Positions 36,649-48,399 of a stretch of DNA of 64,000 nt are shown here, one piece after another. How positions within the stretch are numbered: the first letter of the stretch is position 1; the number at the start of each line of letters is the position of its first letter. The notes under the pieces are model-generated. The model was not told the DNA's origin, made no database searches, and saw only the letters and a list, made by a program, of their open reading frames with translations. A program made the translations under genes and the position numbers. This DNA is from Oikopleura dioica (Eukaryota; Animalia; Chordata), in NCBI GenBank assembly GCA_907165135.1, contig OU015570.1, forward strand, positions 372,001-436,000. Direction: 5' to 3'.

Positions 36649-36691
36649 TTAGGGCTGACGAAGGCCCCTTGAGGCCGAAACGCGTCCCAAA
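36649..36691 (+). ncRNA. Minimal type-I hammerhead ribozyme in the 3' pLTR
   Basis: CUGACGA core (36655-36661), stem II GGCC/GGCC, GAAA, palindromic stem III ACGCGU, GUC cleavage triplet ending at 36686. Confidence 0.82.
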
Positions 36692-37403
36692 TAAATTTCA
36701 ATCATCAATACATGAGAGGTCAACATTGACAATCATTATGATTTTCATTTAGGATATGTTCATGCATTAGGAGCTGTGGGAAAATCACCGAATACCGCTA
36801 AAATAAGTTTTTATCATTATTCTTCGGAACACATTTACGGTAAATTATTTACCCGTAAATTGCAATTGAAAGTAAAGGAAATGAGAGCATGTGGCCTTAA
36901 GGCTATCTGGGTCGAGTTGGCCATCTTTAAGGTAAATAACTATCCCTAATTCCTTACAAAAGAAGCTTTGTAATAGCTCATTCGATAGATCAATCCCCTT
37001 TAATTTTTGAAATCGACCAAGGGAAGTCCGTTTTCCAGAAAGGCCAAAAGAGAGGTAATAGCCTTAACAAACTCGCATTTTGTTTCGGTGACACACTTTT
37101 TCTGATATCTTTTGGAAATAAAAGTAGATTATTTGTGTGAAAATGGAAATCAACTGTATTTATTTAAAGAATCTTTTTCTCGTTTTTCGTTTATATTTCC
37201 TCGTTCAAAATTTTTGAGCAGTTATAGTTGGCGTCTGTTGAGGCTGAGTTTAAAATTTTTGATATTTTTTATCGAAAATCTGCAACAAAAATGTTCATTA
37301 ATTTCATAATTAATTGGTTTCGTCATCTGCGCTGAAGCGCAAAATCAGTCAAGCAATTCTGATTATTTCATAAAAAATCAAAAAGTTTCAAAGGTCAAGT
37401 TAA

Positions 37404-37837
37404 CTTCTCAATACACGGGCGCGCGACTAAGCGCTCAAAACACGTGGTCCAATTATTGGACCACAATGCATTATCCAGCCCGGCGCGGCGCGCCAAATTC
37501 AGAGTGTGAAAAACAGCGCTCAGGACTTTTGGCTCTAATTGACGTTTCCGTCGAGTAAAAAGCTCGTGAATATATTGCTAGAAAGCTTGAACCCTCTTCT
37601 ATAAAAATAAACAATTGTAAATCGAAAAATCCGTTCCGATTTTTCACCAGAGAACGAAAGAGAAATCTGGCGCAAAATGACACCACTTTTGAGTTTTCAT
37701 TCGAAACTTCACAGAGTGGTTCGTTTTTGTCTTGTCGGCTCACATTACAAAATTCAGGTCAAACTGATAACTACAACGGGAATTAGAGGGGGTCAAAGTC
37801 GCCGTGGTCCAATGATTGGACCACGTGCATTGAGAAG
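37404..37837. mobile_element. TTAA-target MITE, inverted copy of 11803-12233
   Basis: TTAA|CTTCTCAA..TTGAGAAG|TTAA with end-to-end homology. Confidence 0.85.
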
Positions 37838-38181
37838 TTAATGGAAGATCAAGAAAAAGAAACAGTAAATTGAAAATAAAAGAAAATAACTGCAATTAAG
37901 AAATAATCACTATTATGATTTTTTATCTCGGGTCGGTGGTCACTGGTTAAGAGAAGAGAAAGATTTGAAATTGTATGTCGGGTACTATTGCTGAATGACG
38001 CTGTTTGTCGCGAGAAGGGCAATATTTAAGGAATAAAAAAACATACTTATTCACAATAAGTTATTGTGAGGATCATTTTTTGAGGAAAATTATGCTGATG
38101 AATTATTATCTTCAATTCCAGAAATTTTTTTTGCCCACCCATGGCAACAAAGCCATTTGAAAGGTGATTATCAAGTTTAAG

Positions 38182-39413
38182 CAGGGGTCTAAATATCAGC
38201 CGAAATCCTAGTGCGAAAGCGAAGCGAAAGCGAACCATTTTTTCAAATTTTTTGCGAAGCGAAAGCGAAGCGAATTCTTCGCCCATGTGCGAAGCGAAAG
38301 CGAAGCGAAATATCATTGAAAATTGCGAAAAAAAGCGAAAATTTTTTCGCTTGAATTGAAACGCATTCTCTGGCAAGAATCTTTAGCAATCAGCCACTCA
38401 AAAGCAAAGATGATTTCAAAAACCTATTTTTGGAGCAGAAAATAACAAAAAAATCTGTTATTGTACCTTTTTCAGCTCGTCAATATAAGCCGAATGGTTG
38501 GTCTAACTGTTGATAATTCCAAGTTAGTAACAAACTCGATAGCGGAGGTGACCGTTCGGGCATCGGGAAGTCGGGGAAAACGGACAATTTTCGGGCAAAA
38601 TGTGTTCGGCCGGGCATTCGGACGGCTCAGCCCCTTAAATTTGGCCGGGCAAAAGCGGTAATTTCGGGCATTTGGGCAAGTTCGGCACTTTCGGGGAATT
38701 CAGCGCTTTCGGGCATTTCAGTCTAGCCCGCGGAGGAAAATTCTTAAATTTCGCATTCTTTACAACTATTTTTGCTCTCTTGCTCCTCTAACCGAATCAA
38801 AAGCCTCTCGAAACTTATTTTTCTAGCCCTTATCTATTGAAAATCCCATCACCAGGTCGACCGGGCATTCGGACGGCGCGACTCTTGGCCCTTGATTTCG
38901 GCCGGGCATTCGGATGGCCAATCGACGATTTCTTGCCCGAATGGTCACCCTTGCTCGATAGGAGAGGAGATCATCTTCGATTTTAGATAAGCCCTGTTCA
39001 TAAAGATCATTCTGATCATTCAAAAATATTCTAGCATACTTACAAGCATACTAGCAAAAGGCTGGTGACAACGTTTATTCCGGGGTAGGACCAGCTTGAT
39101 TACCAGTCAATCCTTGGATTTATTGAGAGTTAGACACACCATTAGACTCGTCTTCAGAAGACTGAGAAAACTTGAATTTATAACAGCATTATTAAATTAT
39201 TGACAATAATGCCCCTCTCCAACTCATTGATAAAGAATCTTCCGAATAGCAAAGTCGCTTGATGTGCGAAAATCTATGCGAAAATTTGGGAATTTTGCGA
39301 AGCGAAAGCGAAGCGAATTCTGCTCTCCAGTGCGAAGCGAAGCGAAAGCGAATTCGCTTCGCTTCGCATCGCTTCGCAATAAAGCGAATTCGCACTGCGA
39401 ATTTAGACCCCTG
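38182..39413. mobile_element. hAT-like MITE with GCGAA-repeat arms, containing a nested MITE
   Basis: CAGGGGTCTAAAT..ATTTAGACCCCTG; GTTTAAG duplicated on both sides; (GCGAA)n arrays at 38210-38345 and 39290-39400. Confidence 0.75.
38543..38953. mobile_element. hAT-like MITE with TCGGGCA repeats
   Basis: TIR C(G/A)(G/A)(A/G)GGTGACC(G/A)TTCGGGCA; 8-bp TSD CTCGATAG (38535-38542, 38954-38961). Confidence 0.82.
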
Positions 39414-40859
39414 GTTTAAGATTATCACCCGCCTCGACTCAAGAGTTCTGACAACTACTGCCTTCAGTCTGCAATTTAGTCAAGAGAATAAAGTACCCCG
39501 TTTAATAAATATGTCTTTACTCTAACACATGTTTCTAAAAACACGTCATTCTTTTCTCTTAAACCAATAATTCCTATCATTTGGGTATTCGGGATACCGT
39601 ATCCCCTTCGAAACCCATCATTCCCAAAACTCCTATACAGTATAGGCTATACTGTAAATTTTACGGGAAGACATATCTTTGCTTTACCCATCATAAATAT
39701 TTCGAATGGATCGAGGGCTCTAGCTTCAAACGAATTCCTTAACTCCGCAACTGGAACTAAAGCCGCGTCATTTCATAGAGCCAACCGATGATTGATAATT
39801 CAACTATTTAATAATCAAAGATGGGGGTCATGATAACGTTTCGACAATTTTAATCGAATTCCAGTTGCGGAGTATATTTGTCTTACGTTTGTGTGAGATG
39901 TTTCCCCACCCTTGAAGAGTGGGATAAAGGTGCGGGAACCTAGCGGTTATTTTTGGTTCAACTAGAATTGGAGAGAAAAACAAAGCGTATCATGAGAATC
40001 AACTCGTCGAGCTCTTTCTTAAGAGGTATAAATCGTCGATAAAACAATTGGTCAAATTTTTTTGCCGACCCTAAACTAGAGGAAAGAAAAATGCGGGCGA
40101 GAGGTGCGAGAACGCAGCACTCATAAAGGGTTCGGAAACTGCACACCAATGTAAAATATTTTTTCTGTTAATCAACCATTTAAAAAGGCCCGAAGTCATT
40201 TTTAAGAAAAACAAAGACAACATCGGATCATCGATTAGCAATGAATCTTTTGGTGATTATAAACACCCAGCTTTACAAGATTATGCTTTTTAAATATTTA
40301 AAGGAAACGAGAAAAAATTTTGGGATAAAGCCTTTTGCGTATACATAGGGTTTGAGCCCAAGAAAACTATCTTTTATTAGACCAATGGACTAGTATTAAA
40401 ATTTCTACAGGTTATATAAATTATATAATATAAATCTGTTTTAAAATTATAAAAACATATTTAGAAGAAAAATATTGAGGGTTGAAGAGATATAGGGAAA
40501 TTCATAATTAAACCATTTAAGTCAAAAGCTTCACAGAAATTTTTTAGATATATATATAATTACGATTGAGGAGAACAATATTCGATTAAAAATTATGGGA
40601 AACAGATGACTTACATACTGCAATTTACATTTAAAGGAGTATTTTTGATCATCCTTGCGCGGCGCGCAGCGCACAGCCCCGCGTTCGCCCTCAGGCATTT
40701 CTCTTGCGCGGCTAGGGTGGATGGCGGGTAATCCGTATTTCTTTCTTTTAAAAGAAATTCTTTCTTTTCAAGGAGAGATTTATAAAATGCCCATTGACAT
40801 TTAAAATAATAGAAAATTAAACATAAAATAAGTGTAATTTTCAAATGATGAAATCGAAG

Positions 40860-42640
40860 AAGAGCAAGCTTAGGAAGTCGAGCCAGAAGATGAATACGCT
40901 GAAATACACGATAATGAGAACATTTTTGTCACGCTCAAAATAATCAGGACTATTCTACGAATCGTTGCGTGTCCTGGTTGGGATGCGGATTTTTCTTGTA
41001 AAAGTGCCTTTTCTAGTAAATTTGAAGAAATTTTTTCTAGAGGGATAAAACGCCTCAAGATTGGGAGATTGTGGCTGGCAGCTTTGAGTTTTGAGTATGT
41101 CCGTCTTCATTTCGAGCTTGGATGTAACAACTGCAACAAATTCAAGTGCAAGTGCTGGATGACAGAAGGAGCGTTCAACAAAATCTTCTTATTTGCTCAA
41201 ATTTTGAGCGGAATAAAGGACAGCCAGATGAAAAGATTCTTAGCAACAATAAGTTACGCTGCAAAAACTCATAATGGACGTGAAATTTCTCCTGTTTACA
41301 ACAACGACATCAACTCAAAAGCTTCAAAATGCAAAGAAGCCGTCAATCAAGCAGTCATCCAAGAGTGTGAGGCTTCTATGAACTCGAAAATTCAAGAGTT
41401 CATCGAATTTCATCATGCCCATCCTTGCGAGCGCGTTGCAGTAAGTCTGGACGACCGCGGCTTTTTGCGTAATCAAGCCCAGGCCTGTTTTGTATAGCTT
41501 ATCGGAATAATGCAAGGCAAACCATTAGTACTTGGAAGTGTCATTTTCAAAAGAGCACAAGAAGCAAAAGAAGAAACCATCATTAAAAATTCGAAAGGAA
41601 GAATTGCTCCTCGTGGAACTCCTCCAAATGCATTGGAAGTCATGGGTGTAAACATTCTGTTTGAAGAAGTACTACAAAAATTCAAGTCGCTCTTCCAGAA
41701 AAGAAAATTTACATTTGCGCCGATAAAGATGCAAAAGAGTAGACGCTTGTTATGTCCGCGAATGTCCCCAATGTCCCGAATGTCCCCGTCATATCTTGCA
41801 AAAAAGTGCCAAATAAGAACTCAATAACAATTTTTTCGTCTCTAGAACCTTGTTGTTTTGGCAAAATTTCAAAAGAAGGAAGCGCTCCGCGCAATTTGTG
41901 GTAGAAAACTCATTGAAGTTGGCAAAATTATCGTCACTAGAACAAAATTGTTATTATAAAAATACTTTTTTCCCTATGAAAACGTTTTTCTTTTTTATTG
42001 ACCTTTTATAAAAAGTCGGGGACATTGGGGACATTCGGGGACATAACAAGGGCGTTCCTGCAAAAGTTCGAAGCGCAGAAACAAACAAATATAAAAATGG
42101 GCCGAAGAAAGGGATAGAAATTTTGCCGAAAGATTCTTTTCAATGGACTCACGATTCAGCGCATCTTCTGAAAAATATAGTCTACAACGCTGAGAAATAT
42201 TAGTCCATCGGAAGTTCAAAAGACAGATTCACAAAAAAAGTAACACAAATTGGAACAAGGGTTCAAGATGCCTCAAAACATATAATGAATAACGATCTCT
42301 CTCTCTCGAAGAAGCGAAATTGAAAATGGATAAAACACGGAGACACTCTTATGGAAAACATGAGCTTTGCGATGAAAATTGTCAACAACTTCCTGCGATT
42401 CTTCAGCCTCATGGAAATTTTACGCAAGAAAAATAGAAGAACTTATCGACGAATTTCACAGAAAAAATTTGGAGAAGAGTTTATTTTATGTCTTCTGAAT
42501 AACGTTTCAACATCATATAACGACTCGTTATTAACGAGTATCTTCACAGTCTTATTTACAATCGACACTTATTCGCGAAAGGAGATCCCGCTGGTCCGTT
42601 TTCTCAGCGATTTGATGTTGCTTGCAATCTTGGAATTCTA
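40860..42640 (+). pseudogene. Kolobok/MULE-clade DDE transposase pseudogene
   Basis: IVACP..ELGCNNC (Zn); VAVSLDDRG (D1); GKPLVLG..TPPNALEVMG; ICADKDAK (D2); after MITE removal WTHDSAHLLKN (D/CxxH), HSYGKHELCDENC (HxxxxHxxC), STSYNDSL (E region). Stops and frameshifts present. Confidence 0.75.
41738..42058. mobile_element. MITE with ATGTCCC(C/G)A arrays
   Basis: Inverted TTGTTATGTCC..AATGTCCC arms; 8-bp TSD TGCAAAAG; excision restores the transposase frame DAK-VRSAE. Related sequence at 44055-44385 and 48308-48370. Confidence 0.82.
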
Positions 42641-44054
42641 ACCCCCATTTTCGCCTTTTTTCAACATTAACTTAAATTATAATTCTTAATTATTAATGAA
42701 CACCTTCGATTTGGTTCTATCTGTGAGTTTCATGAAAAATATAGACAAATAGTGAAGTTAAAAATCGCGGTGAGAAGGCGTTCCGAGACCCGCGCGCTCC
42801 CGTAAAAACCCTAAGTTATTACCCCGTTGGATTCATCTGCTGAATACACAAATTAACCTTTTGGATAATTGTGATGATTACCACGTAAATACGCAGCAGT
42901 TTCTCGGTGATTAACCGGAGACAATCAAGAACGAAATCTTTCCAGAGAGGGGAGAAACATGGATCTTACGAAATGTGTCTTACGATTCTGACTCAGGATA
43001 ATGAGTTGGCTTAATTGATAAGATGAGATAAATACGAAATGTGATGGAACGAAAAGGAGAAATGAAACTGAAAAAAGCAAAACATGATGCCGCTCTTTGA
43101 GAGAATATTGGTTAAAGAATGCAGCAGTGACCTGGTAGGCAGAAATTGGAGGAAGTCACCAGAAAATCAGGAGAATTCGAAGAAACACTCCGGCCGGGTT
43201 CGAAAAGATGAGTTTCGATGCAATCGCAAGCCGAAACGCTGCGCGGAGAGAGCCTCATTACTTACAATCTGAGGAGCAGAAAGAAGGAATGAAGGAAACA
43301 AAACTACTCCACTGTGAGATACTTAGAAAATGCGAGGTACAACTCATCGTAGCCTAGTGTCATCAGTCTGCCGCAGAACGACAAGAAATCCAAAGAATTC
43401 AATTATGACTGCTTATATTTTTCATCCATTTCAAGTCTTTTGTTTTATTATCATAATCCATATTTATCATACCTTATTTAACAGCTGTCTTATCCTGTTT
43501 AATCGTTATTTGCTCGGGACAAAATCTTCATTTTTGTGAAAATCTTCTATTTGTCTCCCTTACCTTTTCTGGCAAAGCGTGAGCTCAGAAGAGAAAGCGC
43601 GCACCATAACTCCTTTTCTCACCGGCGTTCATCAATCGCGCTGTGTTATCGCGCTTTTGATAAAATGGATTCATAATCATTCTCAGTCATGATGCAGATC
43701 GGTTGATCCTTACCTGGACCAAATCCTTACCTGGACCAAATCCTTACCTGGACCAAAATCAAAAATGGTCCAGGTAAGGATTTTGGTCCAGGTAAGGAAA
43801 TGGTCCAGGTAAGGAAATTCAAAAGATTTTTTCAAAGTAAAAATCCGAAAACGTGACTTAAAAAATTGTAGTCGACCCCCTCTGAGAAATTTTTTGAATT
43901 TTGAAAATTTTTAAATGTTTTTTGGACTCACACTGATAGATACAGGCAAAACGGACTATTCCGGAAGTATCAAATCTCCGGAATTGTCCAAATTTTTGCT
44001 TCCAAAATGCATGTTTTAAGTGTCATGGCCGACAGAAACCAAGTTGTAAAATAA

Positions 44055-44385
44055 GGGCGATACTAGCAATGTCGCCGAATGTCGCCGAATGTCGCTGAAT
44101 GTCGCCTTTTGAAGTGAAAAGGATTTGAAAGTAAGCATCAAATATGTTAAAAAGAAGGTAGCACTCCGCGCAGTTTGTACCGCGCAGTTGTAGGGGTAGT
44201 AGGAATCTCCCTACTCGGGCAAGTTCCACTTCTATTTTCGCGCCTTCTATTTTCGCGCCTTCTTGCTCTGTCAGTTTTTAGAACCAATTTGTTTTGATAA
44301 TATTGGTAAAAACTCTCTATTTCTTTTAACAAAAATAGAAAATTGCGACATTCGGCGACATTCGGCGACATAACCAGAGCGCCCG
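44055..44385. mobile_element. MITE with ATGTCGCCGA arrays
   Basis: Inverted GGGCG..ATGTCGCCGAATGTCGCC arms; imperfect GTAAA(A)TA duplication. Confidence 0.7.
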
Positions 44386-44392
44386 TAAATAG

Positions 44393-45078
44393 GGGGTGGC
44401 CTAAAACGTCGCCCAGTTGCGGCCCGAAACATCACTCGTGTTGATGCATTTGTTGCCTAAATCGTCGCTCCTATTGCTGCAAATGTGGCTAAAAACGTCG
44501 CTCCCGCTGGTGCATGTGTTGCCCAAAACGTCTTTTTGACCATGTCGCCTTAGCAAAAATGAAGAATCTAGAAGATTCTGAGAATCGCCGCTAATCAGCG
44601 CCAGAGTTGCAAATTTTGATTAATTTTTCTGAGCTGACCTGAGTAAAAATTTCTCTGAGTTGAGCTGAGCTGAGCTGGCCTATTTCGGAGGTAACTGAGC
44701 TGAGCTGGCCTTTATCAGAGGTCATTGAGCGGAGCTGAGCTGAGCAGACCTTTTGTTTAAGAGAGTTGAGCTGAGCTGAGCTGAGCTGAGCAGCTCAGAT
44801 CATTTTCCAAAATCACTGAGCTGAGCTGAGCTGAGCGACTGCTCAGCTCACTCAGCCAGCTCAGCTCACTCAGCTCAGCAAATTTGCAACTATGATCAGC
44901 GCAACCAGACTGTGTTAAGACTTTCCAGATTCAATTTTGACTAAGGCGACGTGGCCAAAAAGACGTTTTGGCCAACAATGGCACCAGCAGGAGCGACGTT
45001 TTGATCAAGACATCCGGCAATAGGAGCGACGATTTAGGCCGTACATGCATCAACTGGACGAGGTTTTAGGCCACCCCC
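44393..45078. mobile_element. MITE flanked by TA
   Basis: TA|GGGGGTGGCCTAAAAC..GTTTTAGGCCACCCCC|TA with extended imperfect arms. Confidence 0.8.
44602..44894. mobile_element. hAT-like MITE with (CTGAG)n arrays
   Basis: TIR CA(G/T)AGTTGCAAATTT; 8-bp TSD ATCAGCGC (44594-44601, 44895-44902). Confidence 0.88.
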
Positions 45079-45848
45079 TATCTTTGTTGAAAAGAAGCAC
45101 GCTAGTGCACTTCAAACTGCTGAATGCGCTTCAAGGTGCTGCAAATCTGAAATTCACTGCAAGAAGTGCACTTCATTCTGAAGCACACTTGAAGTGCACT
45201 TTTTAGCAACTCTGGTCTTAACCCCTAAAAGCTTGTGCATTCTTGTTTGAATTTAGGCGAATAGCAAGAAAAAAATTTTTCAAAAATTTTTAGTCGAGAG
45301 GGGGTCTAGTAAAATTATTTTTGGTTGGCTTGCTCATTTTTCTGTTTTTGAAAAAATATTTCCTGTCTCCTTACCTGGACCAAAATCCTTACCTGGACCA
45401 TTTCCTTACCTGGACCATTTTTGATTTTGGTCCAGGTAAGGAAAATGGTCCAGGTAAGGATTTGGTCCAGGTAAGGATTTGGTCCAGGTAAGGATCAACC
45501 TGCAGATCTGACATTCCCTTAAATGCACAAATATGATTATTATAAACCTATAAAAACAACCGCTCAAGCCGCCGGAAGAGATGGATCAAAAACTTTTTCG
45601 ATCAACTTTACTTTCTCTCACATGGGCTACTTCCATCCATTGACCGGATGTCCTCGGAAGTCCGAGAATTGTGGGGTTCGACAATTCGATCCACAATCCT
45701 CTGGTCACCAGGGGCGTCTACTTTGCACTACCATTTACGACCACCTTATAAGCTGTGCTCCAACTGACTCTCGAAAAAGCTTGACAAGATTCGGAATATT
45801 CGGAATAAACCAAATTATCAAATTAAAAGAGAGTTAATACTTTTTGAC

Positions 45849-46116
45849 GGGAACGGTCGGACTCATTACCAAAATTTTTGGTAACCCATTACCAATTTTC
45901 GGTAGTCGATTATCAATTAATTTTTACTTTTTGGCCAAGTTAATGAATAAAACACCCAACAAGTTTTCTATTATACAGGCGCGGAGCGCACACTCGCTCT
46001 GTGAATGAAAAAATCGACACTTTTTTGACGAATTTGGTAATGGGCTACCAAAATTGGTAATGGGTTACCACAATTGGTAATGGGTTACCAATTGGTAATG
46101 AGTCCGACCGTTTCCC
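45849..46116. mobile_element. MITE with CATTACC arrays
   Basis: TIR GGGAACGGTCGGACTCATTACC / GGTAATGAGTCCGACCGTTTCCC; TSD not evident. Confidence 0.7.
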
Positions 46117-46361
46117 CTCACTTGGTATTTCGACCTTTGGGCTTTTCAGTTCGAGAACAAAATCTTCCAATTCAGAAAGCATCGCCCGAATAGTTGTTGA
46201 AGGAATGGCTCGCATTTTTAGCAAAAGAATAAATCGTATTGTTTATTCTGACCATAAGGGTTCGACTTGTTCAACCCCTACAGTATCTTACGTTTCTCCA
46301 AGGAAGAACGAGAAAAATTTTCAATTATAAACTGTTAATGATTATAAAAGTATTATAAGTA

Positions 46362-46860
46362 GGGGGACCACCGTGGGAAAATTCGATGTAATTGAACCTT
46401 AAAAAACATTAAAAAAATTGATGGAATGAATTGAACCGATACTGAGGATCATTCTTTTTCATTATGACCAACTCCTATAATTCCTTTTTCATCCCTAAAA
46501 TAACAAATGAAGGCTCGAGCTAACACTTATTTGTGATTTAAAAAATTCTCCAAAAGACTCCAAGCGCAAACCCTTATCAATTTAATCTACAGAAAAATGC
46601 TACATTTTGTAAATAAAAAGGCAGGGAAGGGGAGACGGCCCTTCGGGCCGTCAAGCCCAATATAAATAAAAAGCCAGGGAAGGGGGCGGCTCTTCGGGCC
46701 GTCAAGCCCAATTTAAATAAAAAGCCAGGGAAGGGAGGAGACGGCCCTTCGGGCCGCCAAGCCCAATTTAAATAAAAAGCCAGGGAAGGGGGGAGAAATA
46801 TGGGTCAATCATAACCATACGAGGATGATAAAAAAATCGATTCTTCCACGGTGGACCCCC
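46362..46860. mobile_element. MITE carrying satellite-related CGGCCCTTCGGGCCGTCAAGCCC units
   Basis: Ends GGGGACCACCGTGG / CCACGGTGGACCCCC; three ~57-bp internal units related to the 17.6-kb satellite. Confidence 0.6.
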
Positions 46861-47812
46861 TAATTATAAGCTATAAAACGTTATAATTTTATTATTTATA
46901 TTATGAATTTTTTAATGTATGTTAAAAAGGAGGATAAAAATATTCCGGCAAAATTTGTGAGAATCTTGCGTGGCCACTGCTATCACGCACGGTTACGCGT
47001 GCGCGCGCATGATCACATAACAGAAAAATATGGTCAAAAAAAGGCAGTTTTTTTTGTTATTCTAGGGAAACCGGAGATGCTTTCCAGAATTTTTTTAATA
47101 AAATAATGATGAGAAAACTCTATTGATCATCCCCTTTTTTAGAATTATAAATTTTGGCCTAACTAACATGTTCAATCCATTTTAAGCCATTCTAATGGCT
47201 TATATTCTCTTCAACCCTCTTAAATTTTGAAAATTTAAAAAAAAATTTCAATTTTAAATAGAAAAAATCTTCCTTATTTGCTCTTATCTATCAAACATCT
47301 TAAAAAAAGAAAGATACAATTAGTAATACTAGCTCGAAATTCGAGCACTCTCGTCTGACCAAATCCTGACCAAACTAAGTGATCGGAACAAGAGCGAGAA
47401 TCGGGTCTCGCCAACCTCATGAGTTTTCTACCAGAGAATGCGCGCGCAAGGCTCTCTGGCCCCTAGCGTGCTTTATAAATTGATGATTTTATGCCAAAAT
47501 CTGAAGATAATTTAGACTCCCGCTACTGACACCCCAAATTATAAGTTTTCATTTTTCTGGTGGTCAGATTATTTAAATATACATAATTACAAGAGTAAAC
47601 GTTTTGATAAGAAAACGCATGGAAAGAGTACAAAATAAACTGGCGAAAAAAAATATAATCTGAGGTTGCTCCGAATCTATCTTACGATTTAAAAAAGCCA
47701 AAGTTCGCTGATAATCAACGATCCCTAGCTACTTTCTATAAAACCATTTTTCATCAAAAGAATTTCAATTAAGCATGTCAAAAAAAATTTGCCCTAAAAA
47801 AGCGGAACTTAA

Positions 47813-48234
47813 CCCTCTGCGTGACGATCAGAACTACCCCTATGCGTGACGCGGATGCATTCAGTGCATCCGACCCATCTAGAACAATTTTTTGCTCATT
47901 TTTGCCAATTTTAGAAGAAAAACAGCCTGAATTCGCTGTTGTCAGTGTCTCAGAGACCAAAATACCCCCTTCTTCGGCGGCGAAACGGGCTCGAAGTTAC
48001 GTAACATGCATCAAAATAGCTGTTCTCGAGACGAAAAATAGTAAAATTAGGACATCTTTTACGTTTTTAGGTTATTATAAAATTTGTTTTCAAAATGTTA
48101 CGAAGCAGATTGGACGTGCTTTTGGACGTAGATTCTTATTCTTTTTAAATTTTTAAATTCGGGCGAAATTTGAGAGAGAAATGGGCAGAAAACCATGAGC
48201 GGATGCACTGAGTGCATCCGCGTCACGCATAGGG
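47813..48234. mobile_element. piggyBac-like MITE
   Basis: TTAA|CCCT(C/A)TGCGTGACG..CGTCACGCATAGGG|TTAA; the left TIR is partly duplicated. Confidence 0.75.
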
Positions 48235-48399
48235 TTAATGGGAATTTAGAGGTTACCGATTCTTGCAAAAAGCGGCATTTAATTGAGCGGCATTAAAAGG
48301 GGGGTAGACGCATGTTATGTCCCCGAACGTCCCGAATGTCCCCGAATGTCCCCGAACGTCTCGAATATCCCCGCCATTTTTCTCAAAAAAATTAAAATA

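Larger units (their letters stand above)
33486..36708 (+). mobile_element. Penelope-like element A: RT plus GIY-YIG with a 5'-inverted RT segment and inverted pseudo-LTRs
   Basis: Minus strand 33741-34110: SLTKTHK..SLDIKAMFPSLP. Plus strand 34115-35206: QKDGSTMGSKLSPILADIFM, VDDC, YLDT, NGYP, VVYHFQCPCGKTDYQGETKRQLGTRIREH, EAFLIK..PCLN, resuming after two MITEs as KQIKFAEGKFL* (36489). 33486-33695 is the reverse complement of 36500-36708. Confidence 0.92.
43701..45500. mobile_element. hAT-like element with CCTTACCTGGACCA arrays, hosting three nested MITEs
   Basis: TIR GGTTGATCCTTACCTGGACC; 8-bp TSD TGCAGATC (43693-43700, 45501-45508). Confidence 0.85.

Noticed and set aside
42700-43560. Possible minus-strand gene
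   Set aside because: Short open stretches only, with no consistent splice model or recognisable domain.
45523-46320. Further RT fragment (FQFENKIFQ)
   Set aside because: A single weak motif with no supporting neighbours.
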